NCBI GenBank assembly: GCA_965215605.1
Contig: OZ244070.1
Coordinates: 2,144,001 to 2,208,000 of the forward strand
Direction: 5' to 3'
Source: an uncultured Candidatus Binatia bacterium
GTDB taxonomy: Bacteria; Desulfobacterota; Binatia; UBA9968; JAJDTQ01
Length of the DNA: 64,000 nt
Below are positions 1 through 10,042 of the stretch, one piece after another. The position numbers and the translations under genes are program-made. The first letter of the stretch is position 1; each line of letters opens with the position of its first letter. A model generated the notes under the pieces. The model made no database searches, had not been told where the DNA came from, and was given only the letters and a program-made list of their open reading frames with translations.

Positions 1-841
1 GCCCATACGCGACCACGACGGCTCCAGGCCCCTGGAGGTCACCGACGGCGTCCTCGAGTTCGAAGACGTGTCCTTCGCCTATGCCGGGGAAGCGTCGCCG
101 CCGGTGTTGCGCGGGGTGTCGTTCCGCGTCGAGCGGGGCAAGACCCTCGGCATCGTCGGCCCGCCGGGCAGCGGCAAATCCACCATCGCCCATCTCCTGC
201 CTCGCTACTACGACGTCACCGGCGGGCGCATCACCGTGGACGGCCAGGACATCCGCGAAGCGACTCTCGATTCCCTGCGCCGTACCGTGCGCGTGGTGCA
301 GCAGGACCCGTTCCTGTTCACCTCTTCGCTCGAGAACAACATCGCCTACGGCGATCCGTGGGCCGAGGACGCTGCCGTCCACGACTCCGCGGCCACCGCC
401 CAGATCGACGGGTTCATCGACCAGTTGCCGGACCGTTACGAGACCCTGGTGGGGGAGCGTGGGGTGTCGCTGTCGGGCGGCCAGAAGCAGCGGGTGGCCA
501 TCGCCCGCACCGCCCTGTTGCAGCCCGCGGTGCTGGTGCTCGACGATTCCATGGCTGCCATCGACGCGGGTACCGAGCAGCGTATCCGCGAGGCCCTCAA
601 GGAGCACACGAAGCGCTGCGCCACCCTTATCGTCTCCCACCGCCTCGGGGCGTTGCGCCACGCCGACGAGATCATCTTCATCGAGGACGGCCGCATCGTC
701 GAGCGCGGCACCCATGATGCGCTGGTGGCGGGGCAGGGCAAGTACGCGGCGCTGTTCGCGCTGCAGACCCTCGACGGCCCGCTTCAGGACATCGTGGACC
801 TGGCGGCGGAAGCAGGGGTCGCGGAGGGAACCGACGCATGA
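1..841 (+). CDS. ABC exporter ATP-binding/permease subunit, C-terminal part (5' end outside window)
   Basis: Frame is open from position 2. Walker A GPPGSGKST, signature LSGGQKQR, Walker B LVLDD; stop overlaps the next start. Confidence 0.9.
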   Translation, partial: PIRDHDGSRPLEVTDGVLEFEDVSFAYAGEASPPVLRGVSFRVERGKTLGIVGPPGSGKSTIAHLLPRYYDVTGGRITVDGQDIREATLDSLRRTVRVVQQDPFLFTSSLENNIAYGDPWAEDAAVHDSAATAQIDGFIDQLPDRYETLVGERGVSLSGGQKQRVAIARTALLQPAVLVLDDSMAAIDAGTEQRIREALKEHTKRCATLIVSHRLGALRHADEIIFIEDGRIVERGTHDALVAGQGKYAALFALQTLDGPLQDIVDLAAEAGVAEGTDA

Positions 842-2721
842 CCTCGACCCACCCTCAAGCCCGGGACGGGCGGGCGCGTCCGCCCAAGGCCGTGGTAGGC
901 TCGCAGATCAGCCGTGACGAGGAGATGTTCGGCGCCGCCTTCGACCGGCACGTGGTGCGGCGTTTCATGGCCTATGTCTATCCCTACCGGCGGCGCCTCT
1001 ATGCCGCCATCGGCGCGCTGCTGCTCTTCACCGGCGCGCAGTTGGCCATCCCCCTGGTCATCCGTTACGCCGTCGACCACCCCATCGCGCGTGGCGACGC
1101 CACCCTGCTGTGGCTCGTCGTCCTGGTCTTCGCCGCCCTGATCCTGGTGAACTACGCCGCCAACTTCGCCCAGGACTGGCTCGTGGGCCGCGCCGGCGAG
1201 CAGGTCATCTTCGACCTTCGCCGCGCCATGTTCGCCCACCTGCAGTACGTGGCCATGGCCTTCATGGACAAGACCGAAGTGGGCCGCATGATGTCGCGCT
1301 TGCAGGGGGACGTGTACTCCCTTCAGGAGTTCCTGGAGAACTCCATCACCGCCCTGGGCGACCTCCTGCTCCTGTTCGGCATCGTCGCCATCATGCTGTG
1401 GCTGGATTTCGAGCTGGGCCTGCTGACGTTGTCCGTGGTGCCCATCCTCTTTTTCGTGCGCATGGTGTGGCTGCCACGGGCACGGGCCGCCTTCCGCTAC
1501 GCCCGGGAGACCAATTCCATCGCCAACGGCGCCCTCGCCGAGGGCATCCACGCGGTTCGCACCGTGCAAGGGATGCGGCGGGAGGCCGTCAATTTCCATC
1601 TCTACGACGAGAAGGCGACGGAGAACCTGAATGCCCACCTGCGCTCGGCGCAGTACGCGCAGGTGATGGTGCCCATCGTCGACACGCTGACCGGAGCGGC
1701 GCTGGGCGTCGTCATCGTGGTGGGCGGCTCGCTGGTCCTCGACGGCTCACTGAACCTCGGTGTGATGATCGCGTTTTCGTTCTACGTGCAGCGGTTCTTC
1801 GACCCGATCCGCTCCCTCACCATCCAGTACAGCGTCATGCAACGGGCCATGGCCTCCGGCCAGCGCATCTTCGAGGTGCTGGACGTGCCGCTGGCGGTGC
1901 AGGACAAGCCCGACGCTTGGTCACCCGAGACCATCGAGGGCCGGATCGAGTTCCGCGGCGTCACCTTCGGCTACGAGAAGCACCAGCCGGTGCTCAAGGA
2001 CATCAACTTCATCATCGAGCCCGGGGAGACGGTGGCGCTGGTGGGACCCACCGGCTCCGGCAAGACCAGCAGCACCGCGCTGCTGCACCGTTTCTACGAC
2101 GTGTGGGAGGGCGCCATCCTGCTCGACGGACGCGACGTGCGGGACTACTCGGCGGCGGCGCTGGGCAGGCATCTCGCCATGGTGCTGCAGGATCCGTTCC
2201 TGTTCACCGGCACGATACGGGACAACATCCGCTTCCGCACCACCGAAGCCACGGACAAGGACGTCGAGCGGGCGGCGAGGATCGTCGGCGCCCATGAGTT
2301 CATCACGCGCTGGCCGGACGGCTACGACACCGTGCTAGAGCAGGGAGGCGGCAACCTGTCGCTGGGACAGCGCCAGCTCCTGAGCTTTGCCCGCGCGCTG
2401 GTGGCCGACGCCCGGGTGCTGATCCTGGACGAGGCCACCGCCAACATCGACTCCTACACGGAGTGGCAGATTCAGGTGGGTCTCGCCGCGCTGCTGGAAG
2501 GCCGCACCGGTGTCGTCATCGCCCACCGGCTTGCCACGGTGCGGGACGCCGACCGCATCATCGTCCTGCAGGACGGCCGGATCGTCGAGACCGGCACACA
2601 CCAGGAGCTTACCGCGCGAAAGGGCCTGTACGCACGGCTGTACGCTCTCAACTACACTTCCTTCGACGATCTGCCGGAGGACCTCATCAAGGATGCGGTT
2701 GGGGAAACCGCGCGTTCCTGA
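838..2721 (+). CDS. ABC exporter permease+ATPase (MdlB/TmrB-like heterodimer partner)
   Basis: N-terminal TM domain, GPTGSGKT, LSLGQRQ, LILDEATA. Confidence 0.92.
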   Translation: MTSTHPQARDGRARPPKAVVGSQISRDEEMFGAAFDRHVVRRFMAYVYPYRRRLYAAIGALLLFTGAQLAIPLVIRYAVDHPIARGDATLLWLVVLVFAALILVNYAANFAQDWLVGRAGEQVIFDLRRAMFAHLQYVAMAFMDKTEVGRMMSRLQGDVYSLQEFLENSITALGDLLLLFGIVAIMLWLDFELGLLTLSVVPILFFVRMVWLPRARAAFRYARETNSIANGALAEGIHAVRTVQGMRREAVNFHLYDEKATENLNAHLRSAQYAQVMVPIVDTLTGAALGVVIVVGGSLVLDGSLNLGVMIAFSFYVQRFFDPIRSLTIQYSVMQRAMASGQRIFEVLDVPLAVQDKPDAWSPETIEGRIEFRGVTFGYEKHQPVLKDINFIIEPGETVALVGPTGSGKTSSTALLHRFYDVWEGAILLDGRDVRDYSAAALGRHLAMVLQDPFLFTGTIRDNIRFRTTEATDKDVERAARIVGAHEFITRWPDGYDTVLEQGGGNLSLGQRQLLSFARALVADARVLILDEATANIDSYTEWQIQVGLAALLEGRTGVVIAHRLATVRDADRIIVLQDGRIVETGTHQELTARKGLYARLYALNYTSFDDLPEDLIKDAVGETARS

Positions 2722-2745
2722 GCGCGGCGCAAAAGGGAAGACCGT

Positions 2746-2777
2746 CCGACATCCGCCGGAAGCGACCGGGATGTCGG
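2746..2777. terminator. Hairpin between convergent genes
   Basis: ccgacatcc...ggatgtcgg 9-bp inverted repeat. Confidence 0.45.
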
Positions 2778-2798
2778 GAGCGGGCCGGTGACGGCTCG

Positions 2799-3386
2799 TC
2801 AAATCGGTGCGGGTATCAATGCGTCCGCCTGGCTGACGATGGACTGCAGCAACCCCGGCTCCGGACGGCTCCGGGCCAGGACCAGCATGCCGAGGAGCAG
2901 GGTGTTAAGGGATCGCGCGGTGGAATCCGCGTCCACCATGTGCGAGATCTCCGCGGCAGCCTGCCCCCGCTCGATGGCGATTCGGAAGAAGTTCTCTCCG
3001 TCGGCGAAGCCATTGGCCACAAGGGCTTCGATCTCGGCGTCGTGCGGCGACAGCTCCAGGGCCGTGTTGACCAGAAAGCAGCCATCACGGGAGCCTTGAT
3101 CGAGCACGTTGTCCGCAACGGCCTCGAACGCCTTCAGCACCGCCTCGCGTGGCGCCTTCGAGGTCGAAAGACCCGCGAAGCGGTTCGTGCGCTCCTGGTC
3201 GTAGTAGCGCAACGCCCTCAGAAAGAGGGAGCGTTTGCCGCCGAAGGTCCCGTAAAGGCTGCCCCGGCCGATGCCCATCCCGTCCACGAGGTCCTGTATG
3301 GACGTCGCCTTGTATCCATGGACCCAGAAGAGCCTCATGGCCTTCATCAAGGCCTCTTGTTCGTCAAACTCCTTCGGTCTACCCAT
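2799..3386 (-). CDS. TetR/AcrR family transcriptional regulator
   Basis: MGRPKEFD...FWVHGYKATSIQDL..GSLYGTFGGK HTH; GCFLVNTALE C-domain. Confidence 0.92.
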   Translation of the reverse strand: MGRPKEFDEQEALMKAMRLFWVHGYKATSIQDLVDGMGIGRGSLYGTFGGKRSLFLRALRYYDQERTNRFAGLSTSKAPREAVLKAFEAVADNVLDQGSRDGCFLVNTALELSPHDAEIEALVANGFADGENFFRIAIERGQAAAEISHMVDADSTARSLNTLLLGMLVLARSRPEPGLLQSIVSQADALIPAPI

Positions 3387-3694
3387 TACCCCTGCCCTTC
3401 ATACGCCCACCTCGTCGTCCACGGGAATGCGGGATACCCTTAGAATGGCTCACGAACTCACATATAACGAAGCATCGAACGAGATATTACAATAGTGATA
3501 TGCCTGTCGGCAAACGGCGAAATGCCCTTTAATTGCCGATTCGCGAAGCGACCATCCGACAGGCTTACGAAATCAATGGTTGCTTATTCGCGAAAAAGCG
3601 CACTGATCGGTTCCAGTTCGGTTGTTGAGCGGCGATGGCGGTCGGTCGGGAAGGTTGCGGTTTACGCCCCTCCGTGCAGCCGGTCAGAGACGGC

Positions 3695-4969
3695 TCAAGG
3701 GCGGCTCCCGTCAAAAGGACAGGGAAGGAGATGGGTTTCCGCGTTCAGGTCGTGGACCGAGCCGCAACCCAGAAGGCGCATGGTGTCTTCGATTTCTTTC
3801 CTGAGAATGGCGAATGTCTTGCGGACACCCGCTTCGCCGCCCGCGCCGAGCCCGTAGACGTAGGCCCGTCCGGCCAGCACGGCATCCGCGCCGTGGGCCA
3901 GCGCAATCACCACATCGGCGCCTGACCGCACGCCGCCGTCCAGCAGGATGCGGACCCCGGATCCCTTCAGGGCGGGCGCGATCTCCTTCAGCATGTACAG
4001 GGTCGGATAGACACGGTCCAGTTGGCGGCCGCCGTGGTTGGAGACGACGATGGCGTCGGCTCCGTGTTCCGCGGCCAGCCGGGCGTCCTCCACGCATTGC
4101 ACGCCCTTGACGATAACCGGCCGGTCCCCGCCCCAGACTCCCCGTATCCACGGCAGGTGCTCCCAGGTGATGGCGGAAGCGCGCAGTTGGGTGCCGATGT
4201 CGGTGTACGGCATGGGCGTGCCGTCGTTCTGGATGACGTTGCGGAACTGCATCATTCCGCCGTCCGAGGCGTAGCTCTTGAGCCAGGAGAGATGCCGCAT
4301 CATCTGGGGTGCGAACCTCAGTTTCTGGACCGGGGTTCCGTTGATGGCCCGCGACGCGCCCATCCACTCATGGTGCGCGCGGTTTCCGGGGACGGCGGTG
4401 TCGATGGTCAGGATGAGCGCGGAATAGCCGGCCTTCTTCGCCCGCTCGATGCCGCGCGCCGCGACCTCTTCACCGCCGATGAGATAGAGCTGGAACCAGC
4501 AGCGCCCCTTGGAGGCGGCGCTGACCTCCTCCAGGTCCGTTCCGGTGAGCGTGGAGAGTGTGCAGATGGTGCCGGCCTCGCCGACGGCCTTGGCCGCCAC
4601 CGCCTCGCCCCGGGGCCAGATCATCCGCGGGCTGCCGATGGGTCCCGCGATCACCGGCAGGTCGATCTCCTGCCCGAGGATCTCGGTATGCAGCTCCACC
4701 GACGGCAGCCGTACCCCGGACCTGGGCTTGAAACGTTCCCGCCGGAACGCTTCGACGTTGTCCCGGAGGGTGATCTCGTCGTCGGCGCCGCCGCGGTAGT
4801 ACTCCCTGACGATGGGGGGCACGCGCTTCTCCATCACCTGGCGGAGATGGTCCACCGTCACGCACCGTTCCACCTCTCTTGCCCAGCGCTTCTCGGCGCG
4901 AGAGTGGGCGCCTCTCAGGTAGGGTCCGAGCAGGAACATTCCAGGAAGGATAGAGGCCGTTGGCTCCAC
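3695..4969 (-). CDS. FMN-dependent alpha-hydroxy acid oxidase/dehydrogenase (LldD/MdlB family)
   Basis: WFQLY, TIDT, VKG, SNHGGRQL, DGGVRSG motifs; start uncertain. Confidence 0.9.
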   Translation of the reverse strand: MEPTASILPGMFLLGPYLRGAHSRAEKRWAREVERCVTVDHLRQVMEKRVPPIVREYYRGGADDEITLRDNVEAFRRERFKPRSGVRLPSVELHTEILGQEIDLPVIAGPIGSPRMIWPRGEAVAAKAVGEAGTICTLSTLTGTDLEEVSAASKGRCWFQLYLIGGEEVAARGIERAKKAGYSALILTIDTAVPGNRAHHEWMGASRAINGTPVQKLRFAPQMMRHLSWLKSYASDGGMMQFRNVIQNDGTPMPYTDIGTQLRASAITWEHLPWIRGVWGGDRPVIVKGVQCVEDARLAAEHGADAIVVSNHGGRQLDRVYPTLYMLKEIAPALKGSGVRILLDGGVRSGADVVIALAHGADAVLAGRAYVYGLGAGGEAGVRKTFAILRKEIEDTMRLLGCGSVHDLNAETHLLPCPFDGSRP

Positions 4970-5032
4970 ACGTCAATCCAGCACGATTCGTCGTCGAGTC
5001 TCTTGATGGGACGAGGTGTTTTCACAGGCGGC

Positions 5033-6277
5033 TCATACTGTTGAATTCAACTGCCTCCGTACCTTGCCGGTGCCGACGAATTGCGACAACAGGCGGTAAT
5101 TCCGCCGTTCATGCCGAACCCGGCCGGCGACGATGGCTGGATGAATCTGCGCGGCATTCGCCAGGCTCATGACGGCGAACGGCGTGGGTTGCTTCCGAAC
5201 ATCGGTTGTTTCCCAAACGTCGAGCGGGATGAACGCTTCTTCGGCCCATTGGTCGGCCTGCGTTTCTTTCGGGTCCGTCACACCGATCACGTTCCGGAGA
5301 GTCAGGTCATCAATGAAAGACTCGTCCTCATTGCCGTCAAGGTGCAGCCCAACGTGGGCCAGTTCGTGCATCAGGCAGAACCAGAAGTTGTCGATGCGGT
5401 CGTAGCGTAGCGTCAGTCCTATGACTGGCCTACCGCTGGCGAGCCGCAATGCAGCACCGTCAAGGTAGGTTCTCGGCAGGTGCCGCACAAATTCGATGCC
5501 GATGCCGTGCTCTCTCAGGAAGTCCCTTGCCTGGAGGGGGCCGTCTTCGTGGGGGCTGAACTGTGCGACACGACGGAGAAAGTCCATAGTGACGACACCG
5601 GGCTCGTAGGGGACCTCTGACTTCCGCTCGTTGGCCGAGGCCATTACCCGCCAGCACCATGCCTTGAGCGCGTATTCGTTGGTCTTGGCGTTGACTCGAC
5701 GGTTGTCGTTCTTCCGGTACAGCGGGGCGACGGCGACGGCGAACCCTCCCGCTCGACGGATCAGCCCGCCGATCAACTCTTCGGCATGATCGGTCAGGTC
5801 AGGCAAGTCCGGAATCCATCCCCGCTTCGCCATCTCCTTGAGCGGGAATCGGCGCGGCTCCATGTCATTGAAAGCAGCGTCCAGGTCGCTGCCCGGCTTC
5901 TGGAGCAGCACGTCGGCGGGTATTCCCAAATGTCGGTTGAGTGCCCGTGCCATCGACATGGTGATGTCCCGCTTGCCCGACAGGACCTCCGCGACTTTGC
6001 TGCGGCTCCCGATGTGGGGTATGAGGTCGCGCTGTGTCAGGGTCTGCTGGTCCATGCGATACTTGATGGCGGCGGCGGCGCTGGGAAGACTGAAGGGGTG
6101 ATGCCGTTCCTCGTAGAACTCCACCAGATCGGTGAGGACATCAAGCTCGACCCTGTCCGGGTCGTCGGTATCCTCCACCTGCCCCTCCGGACCCGACAAG
6201 GCATTCATAAGCTCGTCGATCCGAGCCAGAGCTGCGTCGTAATCCCCTTTGGTGCGGATTGGCTTGATGCTGGCCAT
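5033..6277 (-). CDS. higA: HigA-type HTH antitoxin fused to ImmA/IrrE (DUF955) metallopeptidase
   Basis: IKPIRT..DYDAAL..LVEFYE..AIKYRMDQQTLTQRDL N-terminus; RYDRIDNFWFCLMHELAH HExxH; GGAGG RBS before ATG 6277. Confidence 0.85.
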   Translation of the reverse strand: MASIKPIRTKGDYDAALARIDELMNALSGPEGQVEDTDDPDRVELDVLTDLVEFYEERHHPFSLPSAAAAIKYRMDQQTLTQRDLIPHIGSRSKVAEVLSGKRDITMSMARALNRHLGIPADVLLQKPGSDLDAAFNDMEPRRFPLKEMAKRGWIPDLPDLTDHAEELIGGLIRRAGGFAVAVAPLYRKNDNRRVNAKTNEYALKAWCWRVMASANERKSEVPYEPGVVTMDFLRRVAQFSPHEDGPLQARDFLREHGIGIEFVRHLPRTYLDGAALRLASGRPVIGLTLRYDRIDNFWFCLMHELAHVGLHLDGNEDESFIDDLTLRNVIGVTDPKETQADQWAEEAFIPLDVWETTDVRKQPTPFAVMSLANAAQIHPAIVAGRVRHERRNYRLLSQFVGTGKVRRQLNSTV

Positions 6278-6278
6278 G

Positions 6279-6434
6279 TTACACCTCCTCCACATTGACA
6301 CGGTCATATTCGGTGTGGGTGCCGATAAACCGTATGTAGATGAGACGCCCTGGGTAAAACACCCTGACGATCATTCGATATTCGTTCCCTTTGAACCTGA
6401 AGACGACTCGGTCACTCCCGACGATGCTCCGGTC
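6279..6434 (-). pseudogene. higB: 5'-truncated HigB toxin remnant
   Basis: Translates as SIVGSDRVVFRFKGNEYRMIVRVFYPGRLIYIRFIGTHTEYDRVNVEEV*, the HigB C-terminal half; preceded by in-frame TAA TAG with no native start. Confidence 0.85.
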
Positions 6435-6457
6435 CTATTAAGGACTCAAGTACAAAC

Positions 6458-7354
6458 CTATCTTTGTTTCGGATCCAGCGCGTCGCGGAGGCCGTCGCCG
6501 AGGAAGTTGAGGCTGAACAGGGTGACCGCGAGGAAAGTGGCCGGGAAGACCAGGGCCCAAGGCTGGGTTTCCATCTGGGTCGCGCCCTCGCTGATCAGCA
6601 CACCCCAACTCGTCATGGGTTCCTGGATGCCCAGGCCCAGGAAGCTCAGGAAGCTCTCGAACAGGATGGCGCGGGGGACGGTGAGGGTGGCGAAGACGAC
6701 CACCGGCCCGACGAGGTTGGGGATGACGTGCCGCAGGACGATCCACATGGACGGCGCGCCCATGGCCCGGGCCGCTTCCACGAACTCCCGGCGCTTGATG
6801 GAGAGGGTCTCGCCGCGCACGATGCGCGCCATGTCGAGCCATTCCACCATGCCGATGGCCACGAAAATCAGCACCACGTGGCGGCCGAAGTAGACCATCA
6901 GCAGAATCACGAAGAACATGAAGGGCAGGGCGTAGAGGATATCAACGAAGCGCATCATGAGGGAGTCGGCGACGCCGCCGAAATAGCCAGAGACCGTGCC
7001 CCAGGCGACTCCGACGAGGATGCTGACCACCGACGCCGCGAGCCCCACCGTGAGGGAGATGCGCCCGGCATATAGGGTGCGCAGGAACAGGTCCCGGCCG
7101 TTGGCGTCGGTGCCGAACGGGTGGCCGCCGGCCAGGGTGGGGCCGGTGCCGATGGCGTCCCAGAAGATCTCGTCGATGGCGTAGGGTGAGAGCGTCGGGA
7201 CGATTGCCGAGAGGACCGCAAGCACGCTCAACGTCGCCAGCCCGGCCATGGCTGCCCGGTTTCGCCGGAGGTGGCTGGCGGCGTCGCGCCAGGGGCTTCG
7301 GCCGGCGACGGTCGCTGCCCGGGGGCGCGGGGTTGCCGTTGCGGCCTCAGTCAC
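6458..7354 (-). CDS. oppC: Oligopeptide ABC transporter permease
   Basis: HPFGTDANGRD, EFVEAARAMGA (EAA), GDGLRDALDP. Confidence 0.92.
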   Translation of the reverse strand: MTEAATATPRPRAATVAGRSPWRDAASHLRRNRAAMAGLATLSVLAVLSAIVPTLSPYAIDEIFWDAIGTGPTLAGGHPFGTDANGRDLFLRTLYAGRISLTVGLAASVVSILVGVAWGTVSGYFGGVADSLMMRFVDILYALPFMFFVILLMVYFGRHVVLIFVAIGMVEWLDMARIVRGETLSIKRREFVEAARAMGAPSMWIVLRHVIPNLVGPVVVFATLTVPRAILFESFLSFLGLGIQEPMTSWGVLISEGATQMETQPWALVFPATFLAVTLFSLNFLGDGLRDALDPKQR

Positions 7355-8270
7355 GGCGCACCCGTGGATCCAGCACCCCGTACAGCAGGTCCACCGCGAG
7401 GTTGAGCGCGATGATGAGGGTGCCGTAGGTGACCACGACGCCCATCACCAGCGTGTAGTCGCGGTTCAGGGCGCCCTGGACGAAGTAGCGGCCGAGGCCC
7501 GGAATCCCGAAGATCTGCTCGATGACTACCGAGCCGGTGACGATGGCGGCGGTGGCGGGCCCCAGGTAGGAGACCACCGGGGTGAGCGCGTTCTTGAGGG
7601 CGTGGCGGAATACGATGCGCCGCTCCGTCAGCCCCTTGGCGCGGCCGGTACGGATGAAGTCGGCGGACAGCACCTCGATCATGCTGCCACGGGACAGGCG
7701 CGCGATGTAGGCCACTTGCGGCAACGCCAGGGAGATCACCGGCAGCAGCAGGTGCCGGATGCCGCCGTCGCCCCAGCCGCCCACGGGCAGCAGGTTCAGG
7801 TAGACGCCGATGACGAGCGACAGCAGCGGCGCCACCACGAAGTTGGGCACCGCGATTCCGGTCATGGCGAGGCCCATGACCAGATGGTCCGCGGCGGAGT
7901 TGCGCCGCCTGGCCGCCCAAGCGCCGAGGACGACCCCGAAGAGGACCGCCGTGACCATGGCCAGCAGGCCGATCTTGAGCGATACCGGAAAGCCGGCGGC
8001 GATCAGCTCGGTGACGGTGAAGTCGCGGTATTTGAAGGACGGGCCGAAGTCTCCGCGCGCGAGGCCCTGGAGGTAGCGGAGGAACTGTTGCGGCAGGGGT
8101 TCGTCGAGGTGGTAGACACGGTTCAGGTTGGCCGAGATCTCAGGCGGGACCACCCGTTCCCGGTCGAAGGGTCCCCCCGGCGCCAGCCGGATCATGAAGA
8201 ACGCGATGGCGATGATGATGAACAGCGTCGGCAGGGCCGACGCCAACCGCCGTATCACATAGGTCCACAA
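7347..8270 (-). CDS. oppB: Oligopeptide ABC transporter permease
   Basis: YVIRRL..APGGPFD, GDFGPSFKY, FIRTGRAKGL; probable TTG start at 8270. Confidence 0.9.
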   Translation of the reverse strand: MWTYVIRRLASALPTLFIIIAIAFFMIRLAPGGPFDRERVVPPEISANLNRVYHLDEPLPQQFLRYLQGLARGDFGPSFKYRDFTVTELIAAGFPVSLKIGLLAMVTAVLFGVVLGAWAARRRNSAADHLVMGLAMTGIAVPNFVVAPLLSLVIGVYLNLLPVGGWGDGGIRHLLLPVISLALPQVAYIARLSRGSMIEVLSADFIRTGRAKGLTERRIVFRHALKNALTPVVSYLGPATAAIVTGSVVIEQIFGIPGLGRYFVQGALNRDYTLVMGVVVTYGTLIIALNLAVDLLYGVLDPRVRRD

Positions 8271-8317
8271 GGGAGGTCCACGATGGCTGGCGGCCTGACG
8301 CCCCGCACTCCGGCCGG

Positions 8318-9940
8318 TCAGGGCGCCAGCGACAGGTAGCGCGTCGGGTGCACGTCCATGACGTTGTCCTTCCACCCCTTGACCCGCGGGCTCACCAGGT
8401 GCTGGGTCGTATAGTGGTAGATGGGGATGATGGGGAGGTCATTCAACAGGATGCTCTCGGCCTTCTGCATGAGTTCCGCCCGGACTCCCAGGTCGGTTTC
8501 CGTTTCCGCTTTACGCATGAGGGCGTCGTACTTCGAGTTGGCATACCCCGCGGGGTTCATGGAGCCGACGCCGCCCTTGAGCAGCTCGAGGAAAGTGTTG
8601 GCGTCGTTGTAGTCGCCGATCCAGCCGGCCCGGAGCACGTCGAACTGCATGGCGCGGCGGGTCGTGAGATAGACCTTCCACTCCTGGTTGAAGAGCTCTG
8701 TCCGGACGCCCAAGGCCTGTTTCCACATTCCCGAGATGGCTATGGCGATGCGCTTGTGGTTGTCGCTGGTGTTGTACAGGATCTGCACCTTCAGAGGGTT
8801 CTCCTTCGAGTATCCGGCTTCGGCGTAGAGTTTCCTTGCCCGGGCGAGACGCTCGGCCTTGGACAGTCCCTTCCAGGGTACCGCGGCTCCCGCGTACCGA
8901 TGGACGCCCGGGGGGACCCAGGCGTAGGCAGGGATCTCGCCGCCCTTGGTGACCTTGCCGGTGAGGATTTCCCGGTCGATGGTCATGGCCAGCGCGTTGC
9001 GCAGCCCCGGGCGGTCGCGGAACGGTGCTTGGGTCAGGTTGAGGGCATAGTAGTAGGTCCCGAGATACGCGGTATTGTGGAACTGCGCCCCCAGGTTCTT
9101 CTCCACCCACGCGATCTGGTCGGGGGGCACGTCATAGGTGATGTCCAGCTCGCCGCTCCGGAACCGCTTGAGCTCGGTGCTCGTGTTCTCCGTGGGGTGG
9201 AAGACCACCGTATCGATCCCCACGTTGGCCGCGTCCCAATAGTGCGGGTTGCGCTCCAGACGGATGTGGCTCTGGGGCACCCATTCGGTCAGGCGGTAGG
9301 CACCGTTGGAGACCAGGTTGCCGGCCCGGGTCCACTTGTCTCCGTGGCGCTCCAGCGTCCTGGGATGCACGGGATACGCATGTGGGTGCGTGAGCATGCC
9401 GATGAAGTAGGGCGTCGGCGCCTTCAGGGTCACCTTCAGGGTGTGCGCGTCGACGGCTTCCACCCCGAGCCGGTGGAGCTCCTTGATCTTGCCCGTGGTG
9501 ATCTCCTCGCCGTTGGCGATGGGCCAGAGGATGAAGGCGTAGCCGGAGCCCACCGCCGGATCCACGCCCCGCCTCAACGCGAAGACGAAGTCGTGCGCCG
9601 TGACCGGATCGCCGTTGGACCACTTGGCGTTCCTGCGGAGGCGGAACGTGTAGACCGTGCCGTCATCGCTCAGGGTCCAGCTCTCCGCCACGCCCGGGAT
9701 CAGTGAGCCGTCGGCGGCTTCCGCCACGAGACCCTCGAAGAGGTCGCGTTGGATGCCGGCAGCAGGAACGCCCGACGACTTGTGCACGTCGAGGGTTTCC
9801 GGCTCTGCGCCGTTGCCCCGCTGGAGGGTGTTCTTGTCAGCGTGGGCGGAGGAGATCCCCAGCAGCAGTGCGGCGAAAAGGACGACGACCAGCGTTCGGG
9901 TGGATGTTCCGAGGCGATGCCTTGCCGTCGTTTCGAGCAT
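8318..9940 (-). CDS. oppA: Oligopeptide ABC transporter substrate-binding protein
   Basis: Signal peptide, NGAEPETLD, LFEGLV, WSNGDPVTAHDF, RAGWIGDYND. Confidence 0.93.
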   Translation of the reverse strand: MLETTARHRLGTSTRTLVVVLFAALLLGISSAHADKNTLQRGNGAEPETLDVHKSSGVPAAGIQRDLFEGLVAEAADGSLIPGVAESWTLSDDGTVYTFRLRRNAKWSNGDPVTAHDFVFALRRGVDPAVGSGYAFILWPIANGEEITTGKIKELHRLGVEAVDAHTLKVTLKAPTPYFIGMLTHPHAYPVHPRTLERHGDKWTRAGNLVSNGAYRLTEWVPQSHIRLERNPHYWDAANVGIDTVVFHPTENTSTELKRFRSGELDITYDVPPDQIAWVEKNLGAQFHNTAYLGTYYYALNLTQAPFRDRPGLRNALAMTIDREILTGKVTKGGEIPAYAWVPPGVHRYAGAAVPWKGLSKAERLARARKLYAEAGYSKENPLKVQILYNTSDNHKRIAIAISGMWKQALGVRTELFNQEWKVYLTTRRAMQFDVLRAGWIGDYNDANTFLELLKGGVGSMNPAGYANSKYDALMRKAETETDLGVRAELMQKAESILLNDLPIIPIYHYTTQHLVSPRVKGWKDNVMDVHPTRYLSLAP

Positions 9941-10042
9941 GTCCGAGGCCCTCCCAAAGGGGTTGAGTAGACGGAAGTGTGCCTTGCCGGAAGGTTAACA
10001 CGGCGCCCTCCGGTCGTCCATGCGGAGTCTCGGAGGGTTCTG

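Noticed and set aside
3400-3690. ncRNA/riboswitch in AT-rich intergenic DNA (also 32660-32980 and 54450-54620)
   Set aside because: No recognisable conserved motif by eye; an Rfam/Infernal scan would be needed.
3695-4969. Mycofactocin mftD
   Set aside because: No mftA/B/C/E/F nearby; a generic alpha-hydroxy acid oxidase call is sufficient.
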